A stretch of DNA of 64,000 nucleotides from Chloroflexota bacterium (GTDB taxonomy: Bacteria; Chloroflexota; Anaerolineae; Anaerolineales; UBA11579). The notes under the pieces are model-generated. The model searched no databases, had not been told where the DNA came from, and saw only the letters and a list, made by a program, of their open reading frames with translations. Both the position numbers and the translations under genes were made by a program. Each line of letters opens with the position of its first letter. Position 1 is the first letter of the stretch. The stretch covers positions 16,205-80,204 of the forward strand of contig QWJF01000003.1 in assembly GCA_009391835.1 (NCBI GenBank), in the 5' to 3' direction. Positions 1-8,708 of this stretch are shown one piece after another.

Positions 1-1
1 A

Positions 2-583
2 CCAGATGGGCGGGTAAAAGTAACAGATTTCGGGATTGCCCGAGCCCTGGCCTCGATCAACCCGACTGAGGAATCAGACATCGTGTGGGGCTCCCCTCAA
101 TTTTTTTCTCCCGAACAGGCCTCCGGCGGAGCGCCCTCACCTTCGTCGGATGTCTATTCGCTGGGCGTGATCATGTACCGAATGTTCACGGGGCAACTGC
201 CTTTTCTGGGGGAATCGGCCGGTGAGTTGGCCAAGCAGCATCAAAAAGAAAAGCCACAAGCACCAATTGAACTTAACCCAGCGATTCCCCCGGCGCTTAA
301 CGAGATCATGCTCAAGGTGCTTTCCAAAGAGCCCTCAGCGCGATACCGTACGGCGGACCAACTGGGGCGCGTTTTGCTGACATTTACACGGGATGCTGAA
401 GCTGGAGACAGCGAACCGTTTACCCCCCCGCAAAACGGAGCCAAAAAAGAGGCTCAGGAAGAGACGTTAAGTGAGATTGATTGGCCGGCCGTGGGCTTGG
501 GTTTGATGGCGGCCCTGGCGGTTGGCGGGCTGCTGCCATTCTGGATGTGGGTGTATCTCGTTTTTAATCCACCCCTACGCTGA
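2..583 (+). CDS. Ser/Thr protein kinase, C-terminal part (5' end outside the window), tail-anchored by one TM helix
   Basis: The frame is open from the window edge. Translation of 2-82 gives PDGRVKVTDFGIARAL (DFG motif). It continues into GSPQFFSPEQ...SDVYSLGVIMYRMFTGQLPF (kinase subdomains VIII-IX). A hydrophobic helix WPAVGLGLMAALAVGGLLPFWMWVYLVF sits 5 aa before the stop. Confidence 0.85.
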   Translation, partial: PDGRVKVTDFGIARALASINPTEESDIVWGSPQFFSPEQASGGAPSPSSDVYSLGVIMYRMFTGQLPFLGESAGELAKQHQKEKPQAPIELNPAIPPALNEIMLKVLSKEPSARYRTADQLGRVLLTFTRDAEAGDSEPFTPPQNGAKKEAQEETLSEIDWPAVGLGLMAALAVGGLLPFWMWVYLVFNPPLR

Positions 584-610
584 AAACAGACGCTTTGTTA
601 TAATGACCGG

Positions 611-1288
611 ATGGCTTTTAAACCCCTAATCGCCCCCTCCATTCTCAGTGCAGACTTTGCCCATCTGGCCGACCAAATCGCCGAGGCCGAGCAATTTGGC
701 GCGGATTGGCTGCACATTGACGTTATGGACGGACATTTCGTTCCCAACCTGAGTATGGGGGCGCAGATAGTGGCGGCTTGCCGCCGAGTGAGCGAGCTCC
801 CTTTGGATGTGCACATGATGATTGAGAAACCCGAGAATTTTCTGGATGCGTTTGCCGAGGCGGGCGCGGATCACATCACCGTGCACGCAGAGGCCTGTGA
901 GGACCTGCCCCAGATACTGGACAGTATTCACAGCCTGGGCTGCAAAGCGGGGGTTTCGATCAAGCCGGCGACGCCTGCTGCAGCCCTGGAATCCGCGCTG
1001 GGCACAGCCGACATTTTGCTGGTGATGAGCGTGGAGCCTGGATTTAGCGGGCAAGCGTTCATGCCCGAGGTGCTGCCCAAAGTAGCCGCCTTGCGAGCCA
1101 GCCTGGACGCGCTGCAATCTAAGGCCCTTATTGAAATCGACGGCGGTATTGATGCACACACACTACCTCTGGCGCTCCAGGCAGGAGTGAACGTTTTTGT
1201 GGCTGGCAGCGCAATTTTCAAGCATCCAGAAGGCATCGCCGCTGGAATGGAAAGCCTCCAAGGGGCTATCATGGAAAAGCAGCAATGA
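611..1288 (+). CDS. rpe: ribulose-phosphate 3-epimerase
   Basis: 225 aa. IAPSILSADFAHLADQI...ADWLHIDVMDGHFVPNLSMG is the canonical Rpe N-terminal signature. It has a 4-nt ATGA overlap with the next gene. Confidence 0.95.
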   Translation: MAFKPLIAPSILSADFAHLADQIAEAEQFGADWLHIDVMDGHFVPNLSMGAQIVAACRRVSELPLDVHMMIEKPENFLDAFAEAGADHITVHAEACEDLPQILDSIHSLGCKAGVSIKPATPAAALESALGTADILLVMSVEPGFSGQAFMPEVLPKVAALRASLDALQSKALIEIDGGIDAHTLPLALQAGVNVFVAGSAIFKHPEGIAAGMESLQGAIMEKQQ

Positions 1289-1650
1289 GCGCAATAACGA
1301 ATGCACACGGTAGCATCATGGTCGCGCCGCGAGCCATCGCCACTATTGCCCATCGGGCAGCAATTGAGACGTACGGAGTCGTAGGCTTGGCTTCCAAGAA
1401 TCTGCTGAATGGAATCAGCCATTTCATCGTAAAGGACCCGACGCACGGGACTGAAATCAACTACGATGAGGGCAGAATCAGCATTGATCTTTATGTGATT
1501 GTCGAATACGGCGTCAACATAAAAAGCGTTGCAAGCAATGTTGCGCAGAGCGTACGTTTCAATGTGGAAAAAGCGCTGGGGGTGGCGATCGAGGCGGTAA
1601 ATGTTCATGTGCGGGGGATGCACATCAGCAACGGGGAGGAGTCGCGCTAG
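1285..1650 (+). CDS. Asp23/Gls24 (alkaline shock protein) family protein
   Basis: 121 aa. The pattern (GSIMVAPRAIATIAHRAAIETYGVVGL ... VNVHVRGM) is typical of the Asp23/YloU family. It sits directly upstream of a DAK2 protein, as yloU-yloV does in Firmicutes. Confidence 0.8.
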   Translation: MSAITNAHGSIMVAPRAIATIAHRAAIETYGVVGLASKNLLNGISHFIVKDPTHGTEINYDEGRISIDLYVIVEYGVNIKSVASNVAQSVRFNVEKALGVAIEAVNVHVRGMHISNGEESR

Positions 1651-1673
1651 CTGTTCCCCGCGGCTGAAAACGA

Positions 1674-3353
1674 ATGACTGAGGAGAAGATACAAGTGCGC
1701 GATACCCGCTTAGCGCTGCTGAACCAATACCCCTTTGATGGGCAGGCAGTCAAAAAAGCAGCTCAGGCCGGAGCGAGCTGGCTGGAGGCAAACAAACAAA
1801 CCGTCAACGCGTTGAATGTGTTTCCCGTCCCCGACGGGGATACCGGCACAAACATGTTGTTGACGATGAAATCCGCGCTGGACGAGATCGAAAATTCGGG
1901 TGAACAGCAAGCCGGAAAAATGCTCGATGCACTAGCCAAGGGGGCGCTGATGGGGGCGCGCGGCAATTCCGGCGTTATCCTCTCGCAACTCTGGCGGGGC
2001 TTTGCCAAAGCGCTTGAAGGCAAACACGTGATTGATGGGGCGGGAGCATCAGCCGGATTTGCGGCTGCACGCGATACCGCTTACAAGGGCGTCGGGAAAC
2101 CGGTGGAGGGCACGATCCTGACGGTGGCCAAGGATATTGCCGAAGCTGTGGCGGATATTCCCGCAGGAAGCTCGGATCCGATCACGGTGTTGCAGACGGC
2201 GGTGGATGCAGCGGCGGCATCAGTGGAACGCACGCCGGATCTATTGCCGATTTTGAAAGAGGCCGGGGTGGTCGATTCGGGGGGCAAGGGGCTCTTTTTT
2301 CTGCTTGAAGGCATGCTGCGTTGGGTCTACGGCCAACAAATTCGGACGGCGGAGAGCGTAGGTCAGCCCCTGGCGGCTTTGAACTTCGAGGCAACAATGG
2401 AGGCGGTAGAAGAGGGACAGGACTACGAGGTTGTGGTGGATTTCCGGCCCAGCAAGCCCCTGGACTTACAGAATTTTTACAAAGAGCTTGAAGGCATGGG
2501 CACCTCGATCCAGGTGGGCGAAGGGGATGGGATGTACAGGATGCACATCCACGTGCCAACCGAAAACCGCTATCTGCCGATTGATTACACGATGGGCCTT
2601 GGCACTGTGACCAATGTGGCGATTGAGAACTTGATGGCCCAGATGGATGAAATCGGGGAGCATGCCGGGGATCTGAACCTGGCGGTTGTAAAACCGGAGC
2701 ATATTGCCGTGGTAGCTATCGCGTCGGGAAAAGGGCTGGCGCGTCATTTTGCGGAATTGGGTGTGGCGGCCATTGTTGAAGGCGGGCAGACAATGAATCC
2801 GAGCACCAAGGATATTCTTTCGGCCTTTGAAAACCTGCCAGCTGAACGGATTATCATCCTGCCAAATAACAAAAATATTGTTTTGGCGGCGCAAGCCGCG
2901 GTGGATTTGACGGTTAAACAGGCTGCGGTGGTGCCAACAGTGAGTGCGCCTCAAGGACTGGCAGCCATGCTGCGTTACGTGCCGGATGGCGAGTTGGATG
3001 GAGTAATCAAAGACATGAACGAAGCGGTCAAACAAGTTGAGACGGGCGAGATTACCACGGCGACCCGCGATGTGGAGATTGACGGCGTTAAGGTGAAGGA
3101 AGGCCAAATCATCGGTTTGCATAACGGCAAATTGACCACCTCAGCCAGCACCCTGAACGACGCTTGCCTCCAACTCCTGGAAGGCATTGGAACCCAAAAC
3201 TACGAGGTGCTTACCCTTTTTAGCGGGGAGGGTGTTAGCGAGGATAAAACCATGGAAATTGCTGAGCTTGTGCAGACGCGTTACCCCGACCTGGAGGTGG
3301 ACGTGCAACAAGGTGGCCAACCCCACTACCAATTTATCTTTTCGATCGAATAA
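1674..3353 (+). CDS. DAK2-domain protein of the YloV/FakA type (fatty acid kinase catalytic subunit-like)
   Basis: 559 aa. It carries the DhaL/DAK2 motif PVPDGDTGTNM near the N-terminus. Length and architecture match YloV/FakA. A DegV gene follows after 5 nt. Confidence 0.85.
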   Translation: MTEEKIQVRDTRLALLNQYPFDGQAVKKAAQAGASWLEANKQTVNALNVFPVPDGDTGTNMLLTMKSALDEIENSGEQQAGKMLDALAKGALMGARGNSGVILSQLWRGFAKALEGKHVIDGAGASAGFAAARDTAYKGVGKPVEGTILTVAKDIAEAVADIPAGSSDPITVLQTAVDAAAASVERTPDLLPILKEAGVVDSGGKGLFFLLEGMLRWVYGQQIRTAESVGQPLAALNFEATMEAVEEGQDYEVVVDFRPSKPLDLQNFYKELEGMGTSIQVGEGDGMYRMHIHVPTENRYLPIDYTMGLGTVTNVAIENLMAQMDEIGEHAGDLNLAVVKPEHIAVVAIASGKGLARHFAELGVAAIVEGGQTMNPSTKDILSAFENLPAERIIILPNNKNIVLAAQAAVDLTVKQAAVVPTVSAPQGLAAMLRYVPDGELDGVIKDMNEAVKQVETGEITTATRDVEIDGVKVKEGQIIGLHNGKLTTSASTLNDACLQLLEGIGTQNYEVLTLFSGEGVSEDKTMEIAELVQTRYPDLEVDVQQGGQPHYQFIFSIE

Positions 3354-3358
3354 CCCCA

Positions 3359-4201
3359 ATGACCATTTGCATTCTTACTGACAGTGCAGTTCAATTTCCG
3401 AATCCGGTTTTTGAGGGCCGCAACCTGGTTAGCATTCTACCCACCCGTTGGAATAATCATGGCGAAATCGAGGATGGTCACGAGTTGAAAGCCGCCGACC
3501 TGCCCGAATCGATCCATCAGACTAGCGCACCCGAGTTGCAAACGCCAAGCTCCAGCGACATTGGCGAGGCCATTCGCGCGTTGGGCGGGCGCTGCTCTGG
3601 CGTGCTGGCGATCTTGCACTCAGCACAATTTAGCCACGCTTATGGACATACCATTGAGGCAGCCGAGGAACTGCAGGGCAATGTGCCCATTCGGGTGATT
3701 GACAGCCATACCACCTCATTGGGCCTTGGGATGTTGGTGGAGATCGCGGCGGATGCGGCCAAGCAGGGCCAGCCCCTGAACGACATAGAACTGCACATCC
3801 GCAGCCTGCTACCGCGTATTTACTCGTTGCTGTGCATCCCGGGCTTAAGCTATCTGCAAAGACGGGGATACTTAAACAGCGCCCAATCACGAGTGGGCGA
3901 GTATCTGGGCATGCTGCCGATCTTCACACTGGATAACGGCGAGCTGCTTCCTGGTGAAAAGGCGCGCAACACACGGCATCTCGTGGAACTTCTGCACGAA
4001 TTCCTGGCTGAGTTCAGCGACCTCGACCACGTCGCGATTATGCAGGGTGCGCCACCCTTCGACCAGGAGACGCGTGCTTTGCGCGAACGGTTGGCTGAAG
4101 ACCACAAGACGACGCCCGTATCGGAACAGATTATTGGCGCACCACTGGCCAGCCAGATCGGGCCGCGCAGCCTGGGCATATTTGCACTGCAAGGCAGTTA
4201 G
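3359..4201 (+). CDS. DegV family fatty-acid-binding protein (FakB-like)
   Basis: 280 aa. The N-terminus ICILTDSAVQFP and overall length are typical of DegV. It is adjacent to the DAK2 gene. Confidence 0.8.
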   Translation: MTICILTDSAVQFPNPVFEGRNLVSILPTRWNNHGEIEDGHELKAADLPESIHQTSAPELQTPSSSDIGEAIRALGGRCSGVLAILHSAQFSHAYGHTIEAAEELQGNVPIRVIDSHTTSLGLGMLVEIAADAAKQGQPLNDIELHIRSLLPRIYSLLCIPGLSYLQRRGYLNSAQSRVGEYLGMLPIFTLDNGELLPGEKARNTRHLVELLHEFLAEFSDLDHVAIMQGAPPFDQETRALRERLAEDHKTTPVSEQIIGAPLASQIGPRSLGIFALQGS

Positions 4202-4254
4202 CCCAAAGCAGGGGGGGGAAAGCGCAATTTTTCAAGCGCTGATAAAATGAGTTC

Positions 4255-6723
4255 ATGACAGCCTCCATCGAGAAATTGCGACGTTTTTTCTGGCTTGAAG
4301 CGGAACGCGATTACGACAATCGCGCCGTGGTTGGAGGGCTGGAGAATATGCTCGAGACTTGGGAAGCCGAGGCCCGCGCAGATGAGATTGACGAAAAACT
4401 GGTCAATGCGATCATAGCCCGGCTGCGCGATTATGGGCGGCTCTCTACGGACGGGCGAGCCGAGGCGCTCGAAGGGCTCTGGAAACGCATCCAACGCGAA
4501 CTCAATATTGAGGACGATAAGACGAATCCGCCTACCAAGCTAAGCAAAAAACCTCGAGTGGATAAACCCAAAAAAGCCGAAGATCATCAAACGGCCAAAC
4601 CAAGCAAAACCAAGCCGTCTCTGGAAATCCCCAAAGCACAACCGATAGACGGCCCCCCTGCTGCGCTTGAGGCGGCCGTGACGGTGTTGGACGGGGTGGG
4701 TCCTACCAATGCGGAGCGCCTGGAGAAATTGGGCATCCGCACGCTGCGCGACATGCTCTATCATTTTCCCAGACGACATGACGATTACACTCGCCTTCTG
4801 CCAATACACCGACTTCAATACGGCCAAGATGTGACTGTGATCGGGACGGTGCGCACTACAGGCGTTCGCTCGACACGCAACAAGGCCAAAATTGCTGAAG
4901 CTGTGGTGGATGATGGCACCGCGACCTTAAGGGTCAGTTGGTTCAACCAGCCCTGGGCCACCAAAGACCTCAACGAAGGCGACCAGGTGGTTCTTTCAGG
5001 AACCATCGACCAGTATTTAGGGCGACTGACGATGAGCAATCCGGAGTTAGAGATGCTGGAAGCCGAACATCTACATACCAACCGCATCGTGCCCATCTAT
5101 CCGCTCACAGCCAAGATCAGCCAGCGCTGGCTGCGCGGCATGATGAACAAGGTAGTAAATTATTGGGCGCCGCGCGTCCAGGAGACACTACCAGAGGGGC
5201 TGCGGGAGAAGGCCGAGCTATTCCCGTTATCCCACGCGCTGCTGCAAACGCATTTTCCCGATTCCTGGGAAAACCTGGAGGCAGCCCAGCAACGCCTGGC
5301 TTTCGACGAACTGTTCCTGATGCAACTCGCCGTTTTGCAGCAAAAGCAAGATTGGCAGGGGCAGGAAGCGCGGCGCTTCAACACGGATGCTGAATGGTTG
5401 AACGCACAACTGAGCGCCCTACCCTTTCAATTGACCAAAGCCCAGCAAGGGGCACTGGGAGATATTCAAGGCGATCTGGCTTCTGGGCGCCCGATGAATC
5501 GCCTTATTCAAGGCGATGTAGGTTCCGGGAAGACCGTGGTTGCAGGTCTCGCGTTGGCGATCATTGCGAATGCAGGGGCCCAGTCGGCGATCATGGCACC
5601 CACCAGCATCCTGGCGGAACAACACTTCCGGAACCTGCAAACGTTTTTAGCGGGCGAGGGCAAGCCGCTGAACGAAGCCGAAATCCAATTGATGATCGGC
5701 GCTACTCCAGAAGCCGAGAAAAAGCGTATCCGGCAAGGACTGCGAGATGGCGACATTAAGGTGGTGATTGGTACGCACACGTTGATTGAGGACCCGGTCG
5801 TGTTCTCGGAACTTGAGTTGGTGGTGATTGACGAACAACACCGATTTGGCGTGCAGCAGCGAGCGGCGTTGCGCGGCAAAGGAAGCAATCCGCATTTACT
5901 GGTGATGACGGCCACGCCAATCCCGCGCTCGCTGGCTTTGACCTTATATGGCGATCTTGACCTGAGCGTGATTGACGAGTTACCCCCCGGACGGCAGGAA
6001 GTGGGCACCTATATCCTTTTCCCACGCGAACGAGAGCGGGCTTATGGCCTGATCCGGAATGAACTTGAGGCAGGCCGGCAAGTTTTTCTTGTTTACCCGC
6101 TGGTGGAGGAAAACGAAAGCAGCCAGGCGAAGGCCGCAGTGGAAGAGCATGCCAAGTTGAAGCAAGACGTTTTTCCGAATTATGACGTTTTACTGCTGCA
6201 CGGACGCCTGACTCCCGGTGAAAAAGAAGATGTGATGGCGCGTTTCCGAGATGGCGAGGGGCAGGTGCTTGTATCTACGACGGTTGTAGAGGTGGGCGTA
6301 GATGTGGCCAATGCAAGCGTGATGTTGATTGAGGGCGCCAATCGCTTTGGTTTGGCGCAGCTCCACCAGTTGCGCGGACGCGTGGGCCGGGGAACCGACA
6401 AGGCTTACTGCATCCTGATCCCTGACCACGAGGACGCAGCCGAAAACGAGCGTCTGAAGGCGATGACCGAAACCAATGACGGCTTCCTGCTGGCGGAACG
6501 CGATCTTGAGCAACGCGGCCCTGGTGAATTTCTGGGCACGCGGCAATCCGGGTTTGACGATTTGCGCCTTGCCTCGCTGACCGATGCACGCATGATCGAT
6601 AAGGCCCGCCGCTTTGCGGCGGACGTTTTGGACGATGACCCACAACTATCCAATCCCGAGCACAAAGCGCTCCAGGTGGCTCTGGCGCGCTATTGGAGCA
6701 ACGGTACCGGAGATTTGAGTTAG
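4255..6723 (+). CDS. recG: ATP-dependent DNA helicase RecG (with a roughly 150-aa Lys-rich N-terminal extension)
   Basis: 822 aa. Walker A GDVGSGKT, DEAH-type box VIDEQHRFG, and the C-terminal QLHQLRGRVGRG motif are present. A wedge/OB region lies upstream of the helicase core. Confidence 0.95.
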   Translation: MTASIEKLRRFFWLEAERDYDNRAVVGGLENMLETWEAEARADEIDEKLVNAIIARLRDYGRLSTDGRAEALEGLWKRIQRELNIEDDKTNPPTKLSKKPRVDKPKKAEDHQTAKPSKTKPSLEIPKAQPIDGPPAALEAAVTVLDGVGPTNAERLEKLGIRTLRDMLYHFPRRHDDYTRLLPIHRLQYGQDVTVIGTVRTTGVRSTRNKAKIAEAVVDDGTATLRVSWFNQPWATKDLNEGDQVVLSGTIDQYLGRLTMSNPELEMLEAEHLHTNRIVPIYPLTAKISQRWLRGMMNKVVNYWAPRVQETLPEGLREKAELFPLSHALLQTHFPDSWENLEAAQQRLAFDELFLMQLAVLQQKQDWQGQEARRFNTDAEWLNAQLSALPFQLTKAQQGALGDIQGDLASGRPMNRLIQGDVGSGKTVVAGLALAIIANAGAQSAIMAPTSILAEQHFRNLQTFLAGEGKPLNEAEIQLMIGATPEAEKKRIRQGLRDGDIKVVIGTHTLIEDPVVFSELELVVIDEQHRFGVQQRAALRGKGSNPHLLVMTATPIPRSLALTLYGDLDLSVIDELPPGRQEVGTYILFPRERERAYGLIRNELEAGRQVFLVYPLVEENESSQAKAAVEEHAKLKQDVFPNYDVLLLHGRLTPGEKEDVMARFRDGEGQVLVSTTVVEVGVDVANASVMLIEGANRFGLAQLHQLRGRVGRGTDKAYCILIPDHEDAAENERLKAMTETNDGFLLAERDLEQRGPGEFLGTRQSGFDDLRLASLTDARMIDKARRFAADVLDDDPQLSNPEHKALQVALARYWSNGTGDLS

Positions 6724-6725
6724 CC

Positions 6726-7253
6726 ATGATCCGAGCTTTATTCCCTGCCACATTTGATCCAATCCATAACGGCCACATTGATATCGCGCTGCGAGCGGCC
6801 AAGCTTTTTGATGAAGTGGTGGTGGCTGTTTATGAGCTCCCACAAAAATCGCTGCTTTTCCCAACGCCGGAACGGGTTGAGCTGGTTACGCGGGCGCTCA
6901 AATCAGAACCCAAGATCAAAGTGAGCACCTACCATGAATTGACGGTGGATTACGCGAAACGCATCAAGGCACAGGTTGTGGTGCGTGGATTGCGCGTGTT
7001 TTCTGATTTCGAATATGAATTCCGCATGGCGTTAGCCAATCGACAGCTTGCGCCGGGTATTGAAACCGTGGCGCTGATCACCAGCAAAGAGCACTCTTTC
7101 ATCTCGTCCACCACAGTGCGTGAAGTTGCTTCGTTAAACGGGGACGTAGGCGGCATGGTGCCCGGCTTTGTCAAGAAAGCGCTCAAGCGGCGGCTTGAGG
7201 AGATGCGCACGAGTGGGGAAGGTGAGTATGAGGCCAGCCCCCTCCGGGACTAG
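6726..7253 (+). CDS. coaD: phosphopantetheine adenylyltransferase
   Basis: MIRALFPATFDPIHNGHIDI is the CoaD T/HxGH nucleotidyltransferase signature. I chose the ATG at 6726, 2 nt after the recG stop, rather than the ORF-track start at 6693, which lies inside recG. Confidence 0.92.
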   Translation: MIRALFPATFDPIHNGHIDIALRAAKLFDEVVVAVYELPQKSLLFPTPERVELVTRALKSEPKIKVSTYHELTVDYAKRIKAQVVVRGLRVFSDFEYEFRMALANRQLAPGIETVALITSKEHSFISSTTVREVASLNGDVGGMVPGFVKKALKRRLEEMRTSGEGEYEASPLRD

Positions 7254-7276
7254 CCCAAATCGCTGATTGCTGCGAG

Positions 7277-7305
7277 TTGACGCTGAACCTGTTTACGTGT
7301 AGGCT
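7277..7305 (+). promoter_or_regulatory. candidate sigma-70-type promoter for the 7361 gene
   Basis: TTGACG (7277-7282), a 17-nt spacer, then TAGGCT (7300-7305), read directly from the sequence. The -10 is only a TAnnnT match. Confidence 0.3.
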
Positions 7306-7360
7306 TTGGTCTGAATCTTGCACCAGACTGTATAGACTCGCTAATTAAACGCATAATACA

Positions 7361-7855
7361 ATGGATATTTTAAACCTAATTGATCGACTAGAAGAGCTCT
7401 TCAATGAGAGCCGCGCCATCCCCCTGACGAACAGCGTGGTGGTGGATGAAGACCGCATGCTGGACCTCATCGACCAGATGCGTGTGGCTATCCCCGAAGA
7501 GGTAAAAAAGTCGCAAAAGCTGCTTGCGGAGCGCGACCGAACCCTGGCGCAAGCTCAGGAAGAGGCCAAACGCACCCTTCAGATGGCGCGCGAGAAAAGC
7601 GACGGCATGGTGGATCGCGATGCGATCTTGTCGGCGGCCAAGGGGCGCGCTGAAGAGCTTTTGGCACAGGCGCGGCTGGATGCAGAGGCCACGCGCAAGG
7701 AAGCCGATGAATACGTGCTGGAAGCGCTGACCAACCTAGAGATGGAAATGGAGCGCTCGCTGAACCAGGTGCGAAATGGTATCCGGGCGCTCATGCAGCA
7801 GCAGGAAAACCAAACCGAGCCCAATGAGGCTCGTAAAGAAAGTCAACCCGACTAA
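7361..7855 (+). CDS. hypothetical coiled-coil protein (highly charged, Ala/Glu/Arg-rich)
   Basis: 164-aa ORF with heptad-like charged sequence (AQAQEEAKRTLQMAREKSD...ELLAQARLDAEATRKEADEY). A strong hairpin terminator follows. No Shine-Dalgarno is visible upstream. I cannot name a family with confidence. Confidence 0.6.
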   Translation: MDILNLIDRLEELFNESRAIPLTNSVVVDEDRMLDLIDQMRVAIPEEVKKSQKLLAERDRTLAQAQEEAKRTLQMAREKSDGMVDRDAILSAAKGRAEELLAQARLDAEATRKEADEYVLEALTNLEMEMERSLNQVRNGIRALMQQQENQTEPNEARKESQPD

Positions 7856-7880
7856 AAGCCGCTCTATAAGCGGCTTTTTT
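7856..7880. terminator. bidirectional rho-independent terminator
   Basis: AAGCCGCT (7856-7863), loop CTATA, AGCGGCTT (7869-7876), then TTTT. It lies between the convergent stops at 7855 (+) and 7886 (-). Confidence 0.8.
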
Positions 7881-7885
7881 CTTGC

Positions 7886-8686
7886 TTAGAGGCCTCGCTC
7901 GGGGCGGGTGAAGGTGCGCTCAATGATCCAATCGTTGAGCCAGGGAGCGAAGAAATCCAACCATGCACCCAAGCGGAGCACCCAGGGAATGATGACAGTT
8001 CGGCGCGGGCGCTGGCTTACGCTCCAGACTGTTTGCGCCACGTCCTCAGCGCTGAGCTGCAACGATTTCGGAGTAGTGATACCCGTTTTGCGCTTAGCCT
8101 CCGTGTGGCTGCCAAATTCGGTTTTTACGCCGCCGGGATAGATCGTGGACACTTTTATGCCCCAAACGCCAACTTCTCGGCGCAGGGCATCGGCAAAACC
8201 GCGCACGCCATGTTTGGTGGCAGCGTAGACGGTGTAGGTAGGGGTAGCGACAAAGCCAGCCATCGAGCCCATGTTGATGATGTGGCCCGCTTTGCGCTCA
8301 ATCATATGGGGCAAAAGCGCACGCGTCATCTGGATCACTGCATTGAGATTCACCTGGATTTGGAGGTTGATATCCTTTTGGGGATCCAACTCTTCCAGCC
8401 ACTTTGTGCGCCCGAAGCCAGCATTGTTCAGCAGCACATCAACTTGCCCGTATTCCTTGAGAGTCTTTTTTACCAAGGCTTGAATTTGATCCAGATCGTT
8501 GAGGTCGGTGTCTACAGAGAGCGCCTCTCCGCCGGCTTCCTCAATCTCCTGTTCCAATTCCTGGAGACGCTCCAAACGGCGGGCGGCCAGCACCACGCGA
8601 TAGCCCCTGAGGCCAAATAATTTAGCCGTGGCTGCGCCAATACCTGAGGAGGCGCCGGTGATCAAAATAACAGGGGCTTCACTCAT
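7886..8686 (-). CDS. short-chain dehydrogenase/reductase (classical SDR) family oxidoreductase
   Basis: 266 aa. It has the TGASSGIGAATA cofactor motif, NNAG, and a YAATK catalytic Tyr-x3-Lys. Confidence 0.9.
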   Translation of the reverse strand: MSEAPVILITGASSGIGAATAKLFGLRGYRVVLAARRLERLQELEQEIEEAGGEALSVDTDLNDLDQIQALVKKTLKEYGQVDVLLNNAGFGRTKWLEELDPQKDINLQIQVNLNAVIQMTRALLPHMIERKAGHIINMGSMAGFVATPTYTVYAATKHGVRGFADALRREVGVWGIKVSTIYPGGVKTEFGSHTEAKRKTGITTPKSLQLSAEDVAQTVWSVSQRPRRTVIIPWVLRLGAWLDFFAPWLNDWIIERTFTRPERGL

Positions 8687-8708
8687 CCTTGGCTCCTATC
8701 GGCATTGG

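Noticed and set aside
928-1623. Long antisense or alternative-frame ORFs listed in the six-frame track: 928-1623 (-) 231 aa, 8033-8620 (+) 195 aa, 11357-12151 (-) 264 aa, 13711-14382 (-) 223 aa, 20909-21529 (+) 206 aa, 26844-27518 (+) 224 aa, and 33069-33803 (-) 244 aa.
   Set aside because: Each lies entirely inside, or opposite, a gene with unambiguous family motifs. Their translations are Arg/Ala/Pro/Gly-rich low-complexity sequence, typical of shadow ORFs in GC-rich DNA. None has a recognisable motif, an RBS or its own intergenic space.
6693-6725. The upstream start for coaD at 6693 given by the ORF track.
   Set aside because: It would overlap recG by 31 nt and add 11 non-conserved residues. 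The CoaD motif begins right after the ATG at 6726.
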